From: a virus
Strand: one strand, 5' to 3'
Virus record (IMG/VR): IMGVR_UViG_3300030329_005540
Span: 1 to 64,000 of that record
DNA: 64,000 nt
Within the stretch, counting starts at the first letter, position 1. Every line of letters begins with the position of its first letter. Below are positions 20,495-28,958 of the stretch, piece after piece. The notes beneath the pieces are model-generated. The model searched no databases. It worked only from the letters and a program-made list of their open reading frames with translations, and was not told the DNA's origin. The position numbers and the translations under genes are program-made.

Positions 20495-23400
20495 ATGAGC
20501 TACGATTACACAAGCGGTTATAATTATAATAATTATCCAGAAATCCGGAAAGAAAGCCTCGAATCCGGAGATATTGACTTTGGCCATGTTAAAAATGATA
20601 CTACCGGCGATAATGCCATGCCCATTAAATGGGATCAGCACGACAACATGGAAAAACCGAGAGCGCGTTTTAATCGCGCTCATATGAACGTTGATCAATA
20701 TAATTATCTCGCCGGTAGGGTAAATTCTATAGCGAAAGTTAGACCTCATACTTTCAACGACTATTACGAAATGTATCCTTATACTTCGGGTGAGCTTATT
20801 GTGCCCACTGGATTGTATAGCGTCGAATTTAGAATTGACCAGCCTTCGGCAGAAAAGTGGCAATGTATAGCAGACAATTTAGCCGAAGCAAAAGGTAGAT
20901 TATTAAAAACCGCCGTGACCGCTCCTTGGTCTTCAAAGCAATTGTACTTGTCTGAATCTGGTGGAGTCATAACTTGCGAGGATGAAATTGTTTATTACGA
21001 GCAACTTCAAAAAGACGGTGGCGCTAAGTTCAAAGAAAATGGCGGAGCTACAGAAAAAGATTACCTTTTCAATTTCTTAGTGATGAGCCATCAAACTGGG
21101 TGGTCGGTAAAAAGAAACCACCGTGGATACGAAGAATGGGAAGATGTAAACTGGCTTAAAGCTGATGCTGGAGGAGTGACGTATAGTTTTTTCGAAGAAA
21201 GATTTGAACCTTTATCTGGCGAAGCGGAAGACCCAAGAACTTTTGACGGCTCTAAAGTCATCGGTGTGGCTCAAAGACTCGGAATTCCAATTAAAAATCA
21301 CAACGACTTGCCGGATAATTATGTGACCGAAATGGAAAAACACGGCACAGACCTATCTGTTAAAACAAATGTTTACGATATTGAAGCTGAAAAAACTCAA
21401 TTCCCCGTAAGGAACGGCTCGGATTCCCTTGCCCCCGATACAGCTTTTGGGTCATGGTATAAAAAAGATCATTATAAAATTCGCGGTACGATGGGTAGAC
21501 TTAAAAGTGATTTTGGTTCCACCGAATTAAGTAAGTTCGGAGAAGCCGCTGGGGGAAGCGCGGGATACGCGACTAGTCAAGTTTGGTATGAAAGCGGAAG
21601 CGCGGGAAAAGAAATATCTCCCAGCACGAACATGGAAGTTTTCTTGTCTCACACAAAGACTTTCACTTTAAATACTCAGCTAGCTACAACCAGAGACGTG
21701 AGAGCGTATGCTGGATATAAACAAAGCGGTACGCATTGGGATTCTAACGACCACAGGCCACCAGATTATACATTCGCCGGGACAGGCAGAGTGTATGGAA
21801 TATGCACTGGCTTTGATGCAAACGATACTACTAACAAGATAGCCCAGCATCAAGGATACGCCAACGCTTCTAAATACATGTTTCTTGATCGCATGCCTGA
21901 TTATTTAATGAACCATCATTATAGAGCATCTTGGGGTTACGGAAACGCTGACAGTATTTTAGATGCTAATAGATGGAACGCATTTGTTTGGAGCGATTCT
22001 TTTTATACAAACAATGATCATTATATAGAAAGAGGATACGGCGCATGGAGAAAGAAGTATGACATCCCACAAACATGGCAAAGAACTTGGCCCGGATACT
22101 TAGGATATGGAGCAAGCTTAGATAAAAATTTTAGTTATATAGATATATTAACGGGATGCAGTGACGCCGCTGGCTTAAGTTGCGTGGATGATAATCATAG
22201 CAAAAATCATGCTTGGAAAAATATTTTATTTGGTTGGCAGGTAGGATACAACACTGGAGAGGTTTACGATAAAAGTATCTTGCGAGCAAGACATTTAATG
22301 ATCAATAAGAGGCAAAGTGAAAGATACAGCTTCGCCACTTATAAAGACGTTATGGCGTTAACTAGCGATAGCGAAGTCGAAAAAAGATTTTCAGAAATTC
22401 AAGATCATACTGAGACCTACGATTTTCTTCCTTATCCAGCGCAAAAAAATACTTCTTATGGCGTAGTGAATCCAACAGGAGGAGGTAGTTTAAAAGTCGA
22501 TCCGAACTATTTAAATGACCCATTTAATAGAATTACGTCTACCGATTGGGTTTCCGTAGAAGACGTTAAGGCCAAGGCTGAAGAGCTTGGGTTTTTATTC
22601 GAGTTTAGAAGATTGGCAGTTCCATTTAAATTACAACAATTTGATTTTACAGTTGGAGCCGCGAAGGGTCTTATACGACCAAGTGGAATTGTCAACTATC
22701 AAAAAGATGACGGTGATGGTCGCATGCCTCTCAGCGGTCATCCTGACATCGCTACAACTCAAGGCAATGCAGGACTAGACAACTCCTACTATTTTTATAG
22801 CGGCGTAAAAACCCCTGCTCATGCTGAAAGTACAGTTACAAAAAGAATTACCAAGCTATACCAACAATGGCCAGTGCCTAATGATTCAGCAAACACTTAC
22901 AGAAACCCTTGGCCAATAGTTAATGGAGATTCAAAAGACACAGCCTTTGCCACGGCTAAACAGCATATAAACAATATCCGCAATGGTATTTATTGGGATA
23001 ATTATTCAACATCTAATCCAGTTTATTGGATCGGAGGTTCAAATACATCTCACTTAGGAGGAGGAGGTCTGAGTAATGATGACGACGGAACAAACGCTCA
23101 ATCTATTTGGCCAGATTCAGAAACTTTTTGGTGTAGAGGCGCTGATTGTAATGCGTGTGTAGATTATCGAAATGTGTTTGGAGGAGATAATTACCAAGGA
23201 GGTGGTTGCGCTGACGGCGATAGCGATGACCTCGGAGATTGTTTCGAATGTACCGCAGCAGAAAAATTGGATGGCACATGTATTGAATGTCCTAGATTTA
23301 GCGGGAAGTTATCTACTGACGACTACAAGCTATTAAAATTAGAAGGAGACGCTAATGATGGAGAATTTAGTTTCACAACCACGGGCTATACTCCATTTGT

Positions 23401-24526
23401 TAGTTCTATGAAAACATTCATCTGGGCAGATAACAAAAGCGAAACAAATTGGGTTAAACCTGTAGGCTTGGGCACTCGCCATATTTACAGATATAGAACA
23501 GATGATTTTTACGAACTATATAAAACTGATAGGGTGAAAGAACAGTTCGTACACCCAAATTCGAGCAATCCTTACCGCGCCGAAACAGTAAGCTCTTGGC
23601 TTGGCAACTACATACATTTCCGCGATGAAAAACCGTGGCAAGGCAATAACACGATTAGTTCACCAATGAGCGGATCAAGCTATGGAACTTCTTGGGGCAG
23701 CGGATTCGGAAGCGTTGTGATGCCGAATGCTCAAGCTATCGTAAATAGAGCCAAGCGTTCTGTATATCCTTGGGGGGCAAGCGACGGCTACAATGTAGAC
23801 CATTATAAAATAGTTTGGCATTTGGGCTTATTGAATTATAGTACTCAACCATTGTTGCCCATTACAGTTGACAGCAATTCAGTTGAATATAAAGCGTGGA
23901 TGTTGAACATTCAAGAAAGACTTTTCCCCAAGCATTATATTTTCCAAGACGCTTCTCATACAGGATGGGCTGGTAACGGATCGCTACAATCAGGTCATGC
24001 TTCATTCGCTTATATAGAACCAGATGTTCAATACGGAGATTTTAATGTGTCTACGTTTACAGCCGAAAATGCGCCTACTTCCACTGGACAGTTCGTTTTC
24101 GAAAGCGGAATGATGACAAGCTCTCTTGACCTTTTTGATGGAACGGATGGAAATGAAACTGACGAAAGTTGGTTGGGGGTCAACAATTACCAAATAAGTG
24201 ATGCGGATGGAGCCAGCAAATCTCCATTGTTATGGCAAGTTGGTCAAGGGATTTACGCTAGCGAACAGCAGACTTTTGTCAAAGACAACTCTGTGCCATC
24301 TATCTATACCGACTTTATGCCCAAGCAAGAACAGCATGTCAGCGGTGGTTGCTGGGGCAAAATAACAAATCAACAATTCCTTGATTACCAAGGAACGCTT
24401 CAGGGCTACGACCCGCCGCGTGGAACAAAAATTGCATTACAATTTTATGTAAATAACACGCTTGATCGAACAGCAGGAGAGTTACGAGAAGCTGGTCCAG
24501 ACACGCTAACTTGTTGGCAGCACTAG
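20495..24526 (+). CDS. Large virion structural protein (tail fibre-associated), unknown function
   Basis: About 1343 aa, same composition (W/Y/G/N/D-rich, Cys cluster) as the preceding gene. Likely ATG at 20495. Last gene of the + strand module. Confidence 0.55.
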   Translation: MSYDYTSGYNYNNYPEIRKESLESGDIDFGHVKNDTTGDNAMPIKWDQHDNMEKPRARFNRAHMNVDQYNYLAGRVNSIAKVRPHTFNDYYEMYPYTSGELIVPTGLYSVEFRIDQPSAEKWQCIADNLAEAKGRLLKTAVTAPWSSKQLYLSESGGVITCEDEIVYYEQLQKDGGAKFKENGGATEKDYLFNFLVMSHQTGWSVKRNHRGYEEWEDVNWLKADAGGVTYSFFEERFEPLSGEAEDPRTFDGSKVIGVAQRLGIPIKNHNDLPDNYVTEMEKHGTDLSVKTNVYDIEAEKTQFPVRNGSDSLAPDTAFGSWYKKDHYKIRGTMGRLKSDFGSTELSKFGEAAGGSAGYATSQVWYESGSAGKEISPSTNMEVFLSHTKTFTLNTQLATTRDVRAYAGYKQSGTHWDSNDHRPPDYTFAGTGRVYGICTGFDANDTTNKIAQHQGYANASKYMFLDRMPDYLMNHHYRASWGYGNADSILDANRWNAFVWSDSFYTNNDHYIERGYGAWRKKYDIPQTWQRTWPGYLGYGASLDKNFSYIDILTGCSDAAGLSCVDDNHSKNHAWKNILFGWQVGYNTGEVYDKSILRARHLMINKRQSERYSFATYKDVMALTSDSEVEKRFSEIQDHTETYDFLPYPAQKNTSYGVVNPTGGGSLKVDPNYLNDPFNRITSTDWVSVEDVKAKAEELGFLFEFRRLAVPFKLQQFDFTVGAAKGLIRPSGIVNYQKDDGDGRMPLSGHPDIATTQGNAGLDNSYYFYSGVKTPAHAESTVTKRITKLYQQWPVPNDSANTYRNPWPIVNGDSKDTAFATAKQHINNIRNGIYWDNYSTSNPVYWIGGSNTSHLGGGGLSNDDDGTNAQSIWPDSETFWCRGADCNACVDYRNVFGGDNYQGGGCADGDSDDLGDCFECTAAEKLDGTCIECPRFSGKLSTDDYKLLKLEGDANDGEFSFTTTGYTPFVSSMKTFIWADNKSETNWVKPVGLGTRHIYRYRTDDFYELYKTDRVKEQFVHPNSSNPYRAETVSSWLGNYIHFRDEKPWQGNNTISSPMSGSSYGTSWGSGFGSVVMPNAQAIVNRAKRSVYPWGASDGYNVDHYKIVWHLGLLNYSTQPLLPITVDSNSVEYKAWMLNIQERLFPKHYIFQDASHTGWAGNGSLQSGHASFAYIEPDVQYGDFNVSTFTAENAPTSTGQFVFESGMMTSSLDLFDGTDGNETDESWLGVNNYQISDADGASKSPLLWQVGQGIYASEQQTFVKDNSVPSIYTDFMPKQEQHVSGGCWGKITNQQFLDYQGTLQGYDPPRGTKIALQFYVNNTLDRTAGELREAGPDTLTCWQH

Positions 24527-25230
24527 GCGCTTTTGATCCTGCCTATAAGCTCCAGCATCTTGGGCTTTGGAATATCGTTAATGGATTCAAACGAATCGGC
24601 TTCTGGGAATTTTTCAGATATTAATTTATTTTTAATTCTGTCGAAAGAGAAACCTTTCTCTCTCATAACCGTTTGAAGCGTAGAGACAGGGCTAGCCGCG
24701 CTTGTCTCGACGGGTGCTTCAGCCAGTTTAGAGTTACCCATTTCTTCTTTAGAAACGATATTAATTTTAAGAAAATTACGAACACAACGAACAAAAGCTC
24801 TATTCTCAGCAATTGGCCCAAGAAAATGTTTGGCAAAATTGTGAGTATTGTGTGGCGCTGCGTCTCCGATTGCAGAGAAGGTGACTTCTCGACCTTCGGT
24901 TTCGAAATTAGGTATCCATTTTATACTGCAAGTTGCGACGACGTATTCTGGGTGAGGAGACACGACGTTATAAGTTACGTCAGTATAACCACGGATTTGA
25001 GCGAGTTCTTTAATACCTCCGAGTAAAATCAAAAGATCATAATCGGACAATTTAGTTACGTCTGTTTCGCTTGTGCGGTCTTTATTCGGCACAAGATATT
25101 CTGTTTTGACCATTTTTCTCCAATCAACAAATCCATCTTCATTGAAGATATAATTTACATTGGAATCAACGATCAGTCCGTGTGTGTCTCGTTTAACAGT
25201 GCGGACTTTAGTGGTAGCTTTCCTAGGCAT
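24523..25230 (-). CDS. Rad52/ERF-like single-strand annealing protein (putative)
   Basis: YVVATCSI...FSAIGDA...IAENRAFVRCVRNFLKI resembles the AE(T/N)RAxxRAxR motif of Rad52/Sak-type annealing proteins. Has its own sigma70-type promoter. Confidence 0.5.
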   Translation of the reverse strand: MPRKATTKVRTVKRDTHGLIVDSNVNYIFNEDGFVDWRKMVKTEYLVPNKDRTSETDVTKLSDYDLLILLGGIKELAQIRGYTDVTYNVVSPHPEYVVATCSIKWIPNFETEGREVTFSAIGDAAPHNTHNFAKHFLGPIAENRAFVRCVRNFLKINIVSKEEMGNSKLAEAPVETSAASPVSTLQTVMREKGFSFDRIKNKLISEKFPEADSFESINDIPKPKMLELIGRIKSA

Positions 25231-25236
25231 ATGAAT

Positions 25237-25265
25237 ATACTAACACGAGCTTTAAGGATTGTCAA
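25237..25265 (-). promoter_or_regulatory. Sigma70-type promoter TTGACA-N6-AAAGC-N6-TAGTAT
   Basis: 17-bp spacer, extended -10 TG, 6 nt before the ATG at 25230. Confidence 0.75.
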
Positions 25266-26449
25266 CCCTCTTTTTTGGTTAAGATGCAGTAATTATCAAA
25301 ATCATCCCAAAAGTCGTCACAATCCAGAACAGGCGCTACTTTTTTCTCAAAAGAATTCACGGGCAAGTCCCTCTTCCAAGAAGCTTTATCGTGAAAGACT
25401 TTACCCTGACTCAAAATAAACTTATTTGATTTAAAAAATAACTTTTTATCTTTTAATTTATTATCTTTATCTATCTTGTCTTTGGTAATCTGCTCTCTAT
25501 GTACAATTACCCCGTAATCCATATAATTTCTTTTGTGCTTTGCGATTTGGTCTTCGGGTAATTCGCTGACAAGCGTGTACTGAATCGCGCTGCTCATTAA
25601 AAATTTAATAAAATTAGGTTCATTATCTTCTTTAATTAGATATACTATTTGATTAATATTCTGTTTAAGCTGAGATAATATATTAGGATTAATTGGCTTG
25701 TCAGTAACGACATTAGATTTCATTACAGATAAATTTTCTGCCATACCTTGTTCATTAAAAAGGTAATCCATTCTAATTGAAATATTATTCGGCGGCTGGA
25801 TTCCATAATGTTGAATTGAAACATCAGGTACGATGTTCATCATTCCAAATGGATATGCCGCGCCAATATACTCATAATTATACGGAGAGGTGAAATCGAT
25901 ACCCAACTGCTTACACACTGCCTCGGCCACTTTATCAGGCATGATAGTGTTTATTGTTTTAGGGTTTTCGTTTCTAGAATAAGAAGGCTTGTTCCCCTTT
26001 AGGTCAGCCATTAAATTAACACATTTGGAGTCCTCGCTCCAGTACGGGCCAGATTGGTTCGGGAGCGAGTTAGAGAACAGAGCCACGGTTGGAGTACCGT
26101 TTTTCGACGCAATATCCATTGTCATATCATCCACAGACAAATGGAGCTTGCTTTGCGATAATATGTAAGCTATTTGATTGGCTGATGTTTGTCCCAGAGT
26201 TAGATAGCAGCCGCGCAAAGGCGCATCGTCTTTATGGCCGACCTGCAAGATGCCGATCCCGTGAGAAGACAATATCGGCACGAGCAAATCAACAACCTCT
26301 TGCCAATAATCATATTTTTTAGATTCGGGAGAATTGACCGCTAATAAAGTAATATAATTATCAATAGCTATCGGAAAGAACTTTTCGTAAATGAAAGGTT
26401 CTGATATTTTTGCTCCACAGCTTGTGGCGTATGATTCTACGATATGCAT
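25262..26449 (-). CDS. GT9 (heptosyltransferase-like) C-terminal lobe plus unknown domain
   Basis: KKYDYWQEVVDLL...ILQVG...QIAYILSQSKLHLSVDD...DIAS...PTVALF...INTIMPDKVAEAV is the GT9 C-lobe pattern. Confidence 0.6.
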   Translation of the reverse strand: MHIVESYATSCGAKISEPFIYEKFFPIAIDNYITLLAVNSPESKKYDYWQEVVDLLVPILSSHGIGILQVGHKDDAPLRGCYLTLGQTSANQIAYILSQSKLHLSVDDMTMDIASKNGTPTVALFSNSLPNQSGPYWSEDSKCVNLMADLKGNKPSYSRNENPKTINTIMPDKVAEAVCKQLGIDFTSPYNYEYIGAAYPFGMMNIVPDVSIQHYGIQPPNNISIRMDYLFNEQGMAENLSVMKSNVVTDKPINPNILSQLKQNINQIVYLIKEDNEPNFIKFLMSSAIQYTLVSELPEDQIAKHKRNYMDYGVIVHREQITKDKIDKDNKLKDKKLFFKSNKFILSQGKVFHDKASWKRDLPVNSFEKKVAPVLDCDDFWDDFDNYCILTKKEG

Positions 26450-28359
26450 TACAAATTAAGTTCGTAAGTTATGTTGTCTTTCCCGTTATGTAGATAGTCG
26501 ATAAATCTTTGCGTTCTACCGAAAGGCAGTAGAGCTATCTCGAAAAAGCCTTTGTGCTCTGCGTTGCCTTCTAGCCAAGCCCAATCCTCCATTTGGGGAA
26601 CGTAAGGAACTACTTTATGTATATGTTCATTACCATCTAAAATCTCCGCATTCTCCTGTTTGGTAGACACGTATAAATTATAATCAGGGTATTGATTTTT
26701 AAGTGATTTAAATATACTTGTAGATAAAAAGACATCACGCGGGCCATCTGGCATAACGTAGATCATTCTTTTACCTTCGTCATCTTCATCTAGAAACTTT
26801 GTAAATTCTACTTTTTCGTTTTCTGCATTTTCTTTTTGCGCGACCTGCCTGAAATATTTTTCGATGTCAGGGCGGCTCATGCCTCTGGCGATTTCATGCA
26901 TCCAATACCTGTGACCGTCATCCTTTTCGTCAACTTCTGGACGCATTAAAATATTATGATAAAGAGCTTTGATCCATTCTGAGTCATCTTCGATTTCCGG
27001 GATTTCCGCTTGGGGATTTTTCTTAACTTCCTCAAGAGAAAAGTCGTATTCGGTAAATGGAGCTTCGTCAATAAACTTTTCTATGAATCCGCCGACATGC
27101 GCTGGGGAGAAATTGTCTATCGCCCATTTACGAGCTTGCTTGCCCATCTTTTGCCTCTTGTCGGGCTTCATCTTAAACACTTTGCCCAACTGCTTGCTAA
27201 TCGATAACGGACTCGTGGAAGCTTTAATAAACTCTGTACCGTGCTCGCGATATTCAGACCAAGCCAACGGCAAAGACTCTGCTCCGTCCTGACACATTTC
27301 TTCACCGCAGCTATAATCAGTCACAAGAGTAATCAACTCTGTAAGCTTCGCTTCTTGAATGGGGATTTCTTGACCGCCAGAGGTGAACGGGTGGCAGTAG
27401 ACATCCATTAAATTATATACTTCATTAAGCTGCTCTTCAGAAACGCCCTCAGAAACGTTTGTAGTGGTGCAGGAATCCTTCGCTCCGCAGTGTCCACATT
27501 GAGTATTCAATCCGTGAAAATGCTGAACAGCATAGTTCCAACACTTTCTGCAAACGTATGTAGTGATGATGTCCTGATGAGAGACTTTATACTCATCAGC
27601 CAACTTCATGATGTTCCAGCCTTCGCCAAAATGCGTATGAAGAAGAAGCTTGGAATTAGAATTGGGATTATTGTTTTGAAATTTTTTAAAGCCCTCTATT
27701 AAATTGGGTACGGATTTCCTGAGTTGGTTTCTGAAAACGAATCCTACAATAAAAGTGTCTTCCGTTATTCCAAACTTTTGTCTAAGTTGCTTTTTAATCT
27801 GGGACGGTAATTTGTAAAAGTTCTCCCCGTCAACTGCTCCGTGCAAAGTCTTGATATGCTCGTGACCCATTTCGTTAAGAGCCTTTGTGGCGAAATCAGA
27901 CCATATCCAATAATTATCTACCTTGGGTGCGACTTGCACTGCCGCTGGCAAGATAGGCAAAGAATCAAGCGTTGTCCACAGAGCCGAGGCGACATGTTTA
28001 AACCACTTTTTTTCAACTGCAAAGTCAATCCCCCAAATGTCTTGCACCGCAATGTAAACATCAGGTTTGACCTCTTGAATAACCTTGTCTAAATTATGCG
28101 CTCCATAACTAGCTAATCGACCAACGTGGGGATCGCGGCCAAGCTCTTTTTGTTCTTGCTCGCTGTCAGGGAGAGTGCCATAGCCCTTCCAAGGCGTCCT
28201 CTGAAGCTGCGGGCTTGACCAAGGGATACCGCAGCAATAATGCACAATATCGTATTTTCCAGTATCGTATAAATAACTCAAAACGGCTTTGGCATTTCGA
28301 CCAAAGCCTGTCTTGGCTAAAGCGTAATCGCTTTGAAAAAGAAGTTTCTTTTTTCTCAT
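26449..28359 (-). CDS. Multidomain glycosyltransferase: GT4 + Cys cluster + DUF4214-like + GT9 N-lobe
   Basis: TGFGRNA, RNQLRK and LNEVYNLMDVYCHPFTSGGQEIPIQEA (GT4). WIKALYHNILMR...GHRYW...GMSRPDIEKYF (DUF4214-like). RDVFLSTSIFKSLKNQYPD...ILDGNEHIHKV (GT9 N-terminus). Confidence 0.7.
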   Translation of the reverse strand: MRKKKLLFQSDYALAKTGFGRNAKAVLSYLYDTGKYDIVHYCCGIPWSSPQLQRTPWKGYGTLPDSEQEQKELGRDPHVGRLASYGAHNLDKVIQEVKPDVYIAVQDIWGIDFAVEKKWFKHVASALWTTLDSLPILPAAVQVAPKVDNYWIWSDFATKALNEMGHEHIKTLHGAVDGENFYKLPSQIKKQLRQKFGITEDTFIVGFVFRNQLRKSVPNLIEGFKKFQNNNPNSNSKLLLHTHFGEGWNIMKLADEYKVSHQDIITTYVCRKCWNYAVQHFHGLNTQCGHCGAKDSCTTTNVSEGVSEEQLNEVYNLMDVYCHPFTSGGQEIPIQEAKLTELITLVTDYSCGEEMCQDGAESLPLAWSEYREHGTEFIKASTSPLSISKQLGKVFKMKPDKRQKMGKQARKWAIDNFSPAHVGGFIEKFIDEAPFTEYDFSLEEVKKNPQAEIPEIEDDSEWIKALYHNILMRPEVDEKDDGHRYWMHEIARGMSRPDIEKYFRQVAQKENAENEKVEFTKFLDEDDEGKRMIYVMPDGPRDVFLSTSIFKSLKNQYPDYNLYVSTKQENAEILDGNEHIHKVVPYVPQMEDWAWLEGNAEHKGFFEIALLPFGRTQRFIDYLHNGKDNITYELNL

Positions 28360-28920
28360 TTACCAGACATCCTCATCTGAAAATTCTTCACTTTCAGTTT
28401 GAGGAGCCAGCATACTTTCTTGGGTTTCCTCAACTCTATTATATTGTACTCCTTGAGCAGACCCCTTCTCAAAAGTTTTTTGCATTACTCCGCAAAGAAA
28501 TTCTTTAAGGAGTCTACCGGCGGCATAATCCAGCCCGATATAAAAATTAATTTTATTAACCGAGTCATCTAAGAACTCTTTTTGGATACCGTAAGAGTAC
28601 CCCATGCGTTTTTCGCCCATTACCCACGGCTCGAATTTCATGCGGGTAATCTGTTTAGAGCTTTTGTGGTATCCGTCCCATCTAGCGCTTCGCTCCATAG
28701 CATCCACGATGCCAGCGGCCTCCTCGGCGCTTAGTTTGATTGTGACAGAGCCCTTGGGGTTTCCTTTATTGGCTTTAAACGCGCCTTTACCCGAAGGGCC
28801 AGACTGCTTGATGATGGTAGACATCAAGAAAAAGTCGCCAGTGTCCTTGTCGTATTGCCCGTAAAACGAGCAAGCGGAGCCAGTTTGTTTATTATTTGGC
28901 TTGTAGAATTGTAAGTTCAT
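28360..28920 (-). CDS. Putative ssDNA-binding protein, Whirly-like fold with acidic tail
   Basis: FYK...KLSAEEAAGI...GYHK...KFEP...FYIGLDYAAGRLL parallels the Whirly domain. Acidic C-tail EEFSDEDVW. Adjacent to dnaE. Confidence 0.5.
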   Translation of the reverse strand: MNLQFYKPNNKQTGSACSFYGQYDKDTGDFFLMSTIIKQSGPSGKGAFKANKGNPKGSVTIKLSAEEAAGIVDAMERSARWDGYHKSSKQITRMKFEPWVMGEKRMGYSYGIQKEFLDDSVNKINFYIGLDYAAGRLLKEFLCGVMQKTFEKGSAQGVQYNRVEETQESMLAPQTESEEFSDEDVW

Positions 28921-28926
28921 GATCTA

Positions 28927-28955
28927 ATGATAATATAAGCTTTATAATTTGTCAA
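28927..28955 (-). promoter_or_regulatory. Sigma70-type promoter TTGACA-N6-AAAGC-N6-TATCAT
   Basis: 17-bp spacer, 6 nt before the ATG at 28920. Confidence 0.75.
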
Positions 28956-28958
28956 GTG

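Noticed and set aside
20483-20497. Stop-codon recoding or read-through joining the two giant ORFs
   Set aside because: They are in different frames with tandem TAA stops. TAA, TAG and TGA all act as stops at tightly packed gene ends across the window.
24500-24560. Intrinsic terminator at the convergence of the two arms
   Set aside because: Stops overlap (CTAG at 24523-24526) and no hairpin/U-tract is visible.
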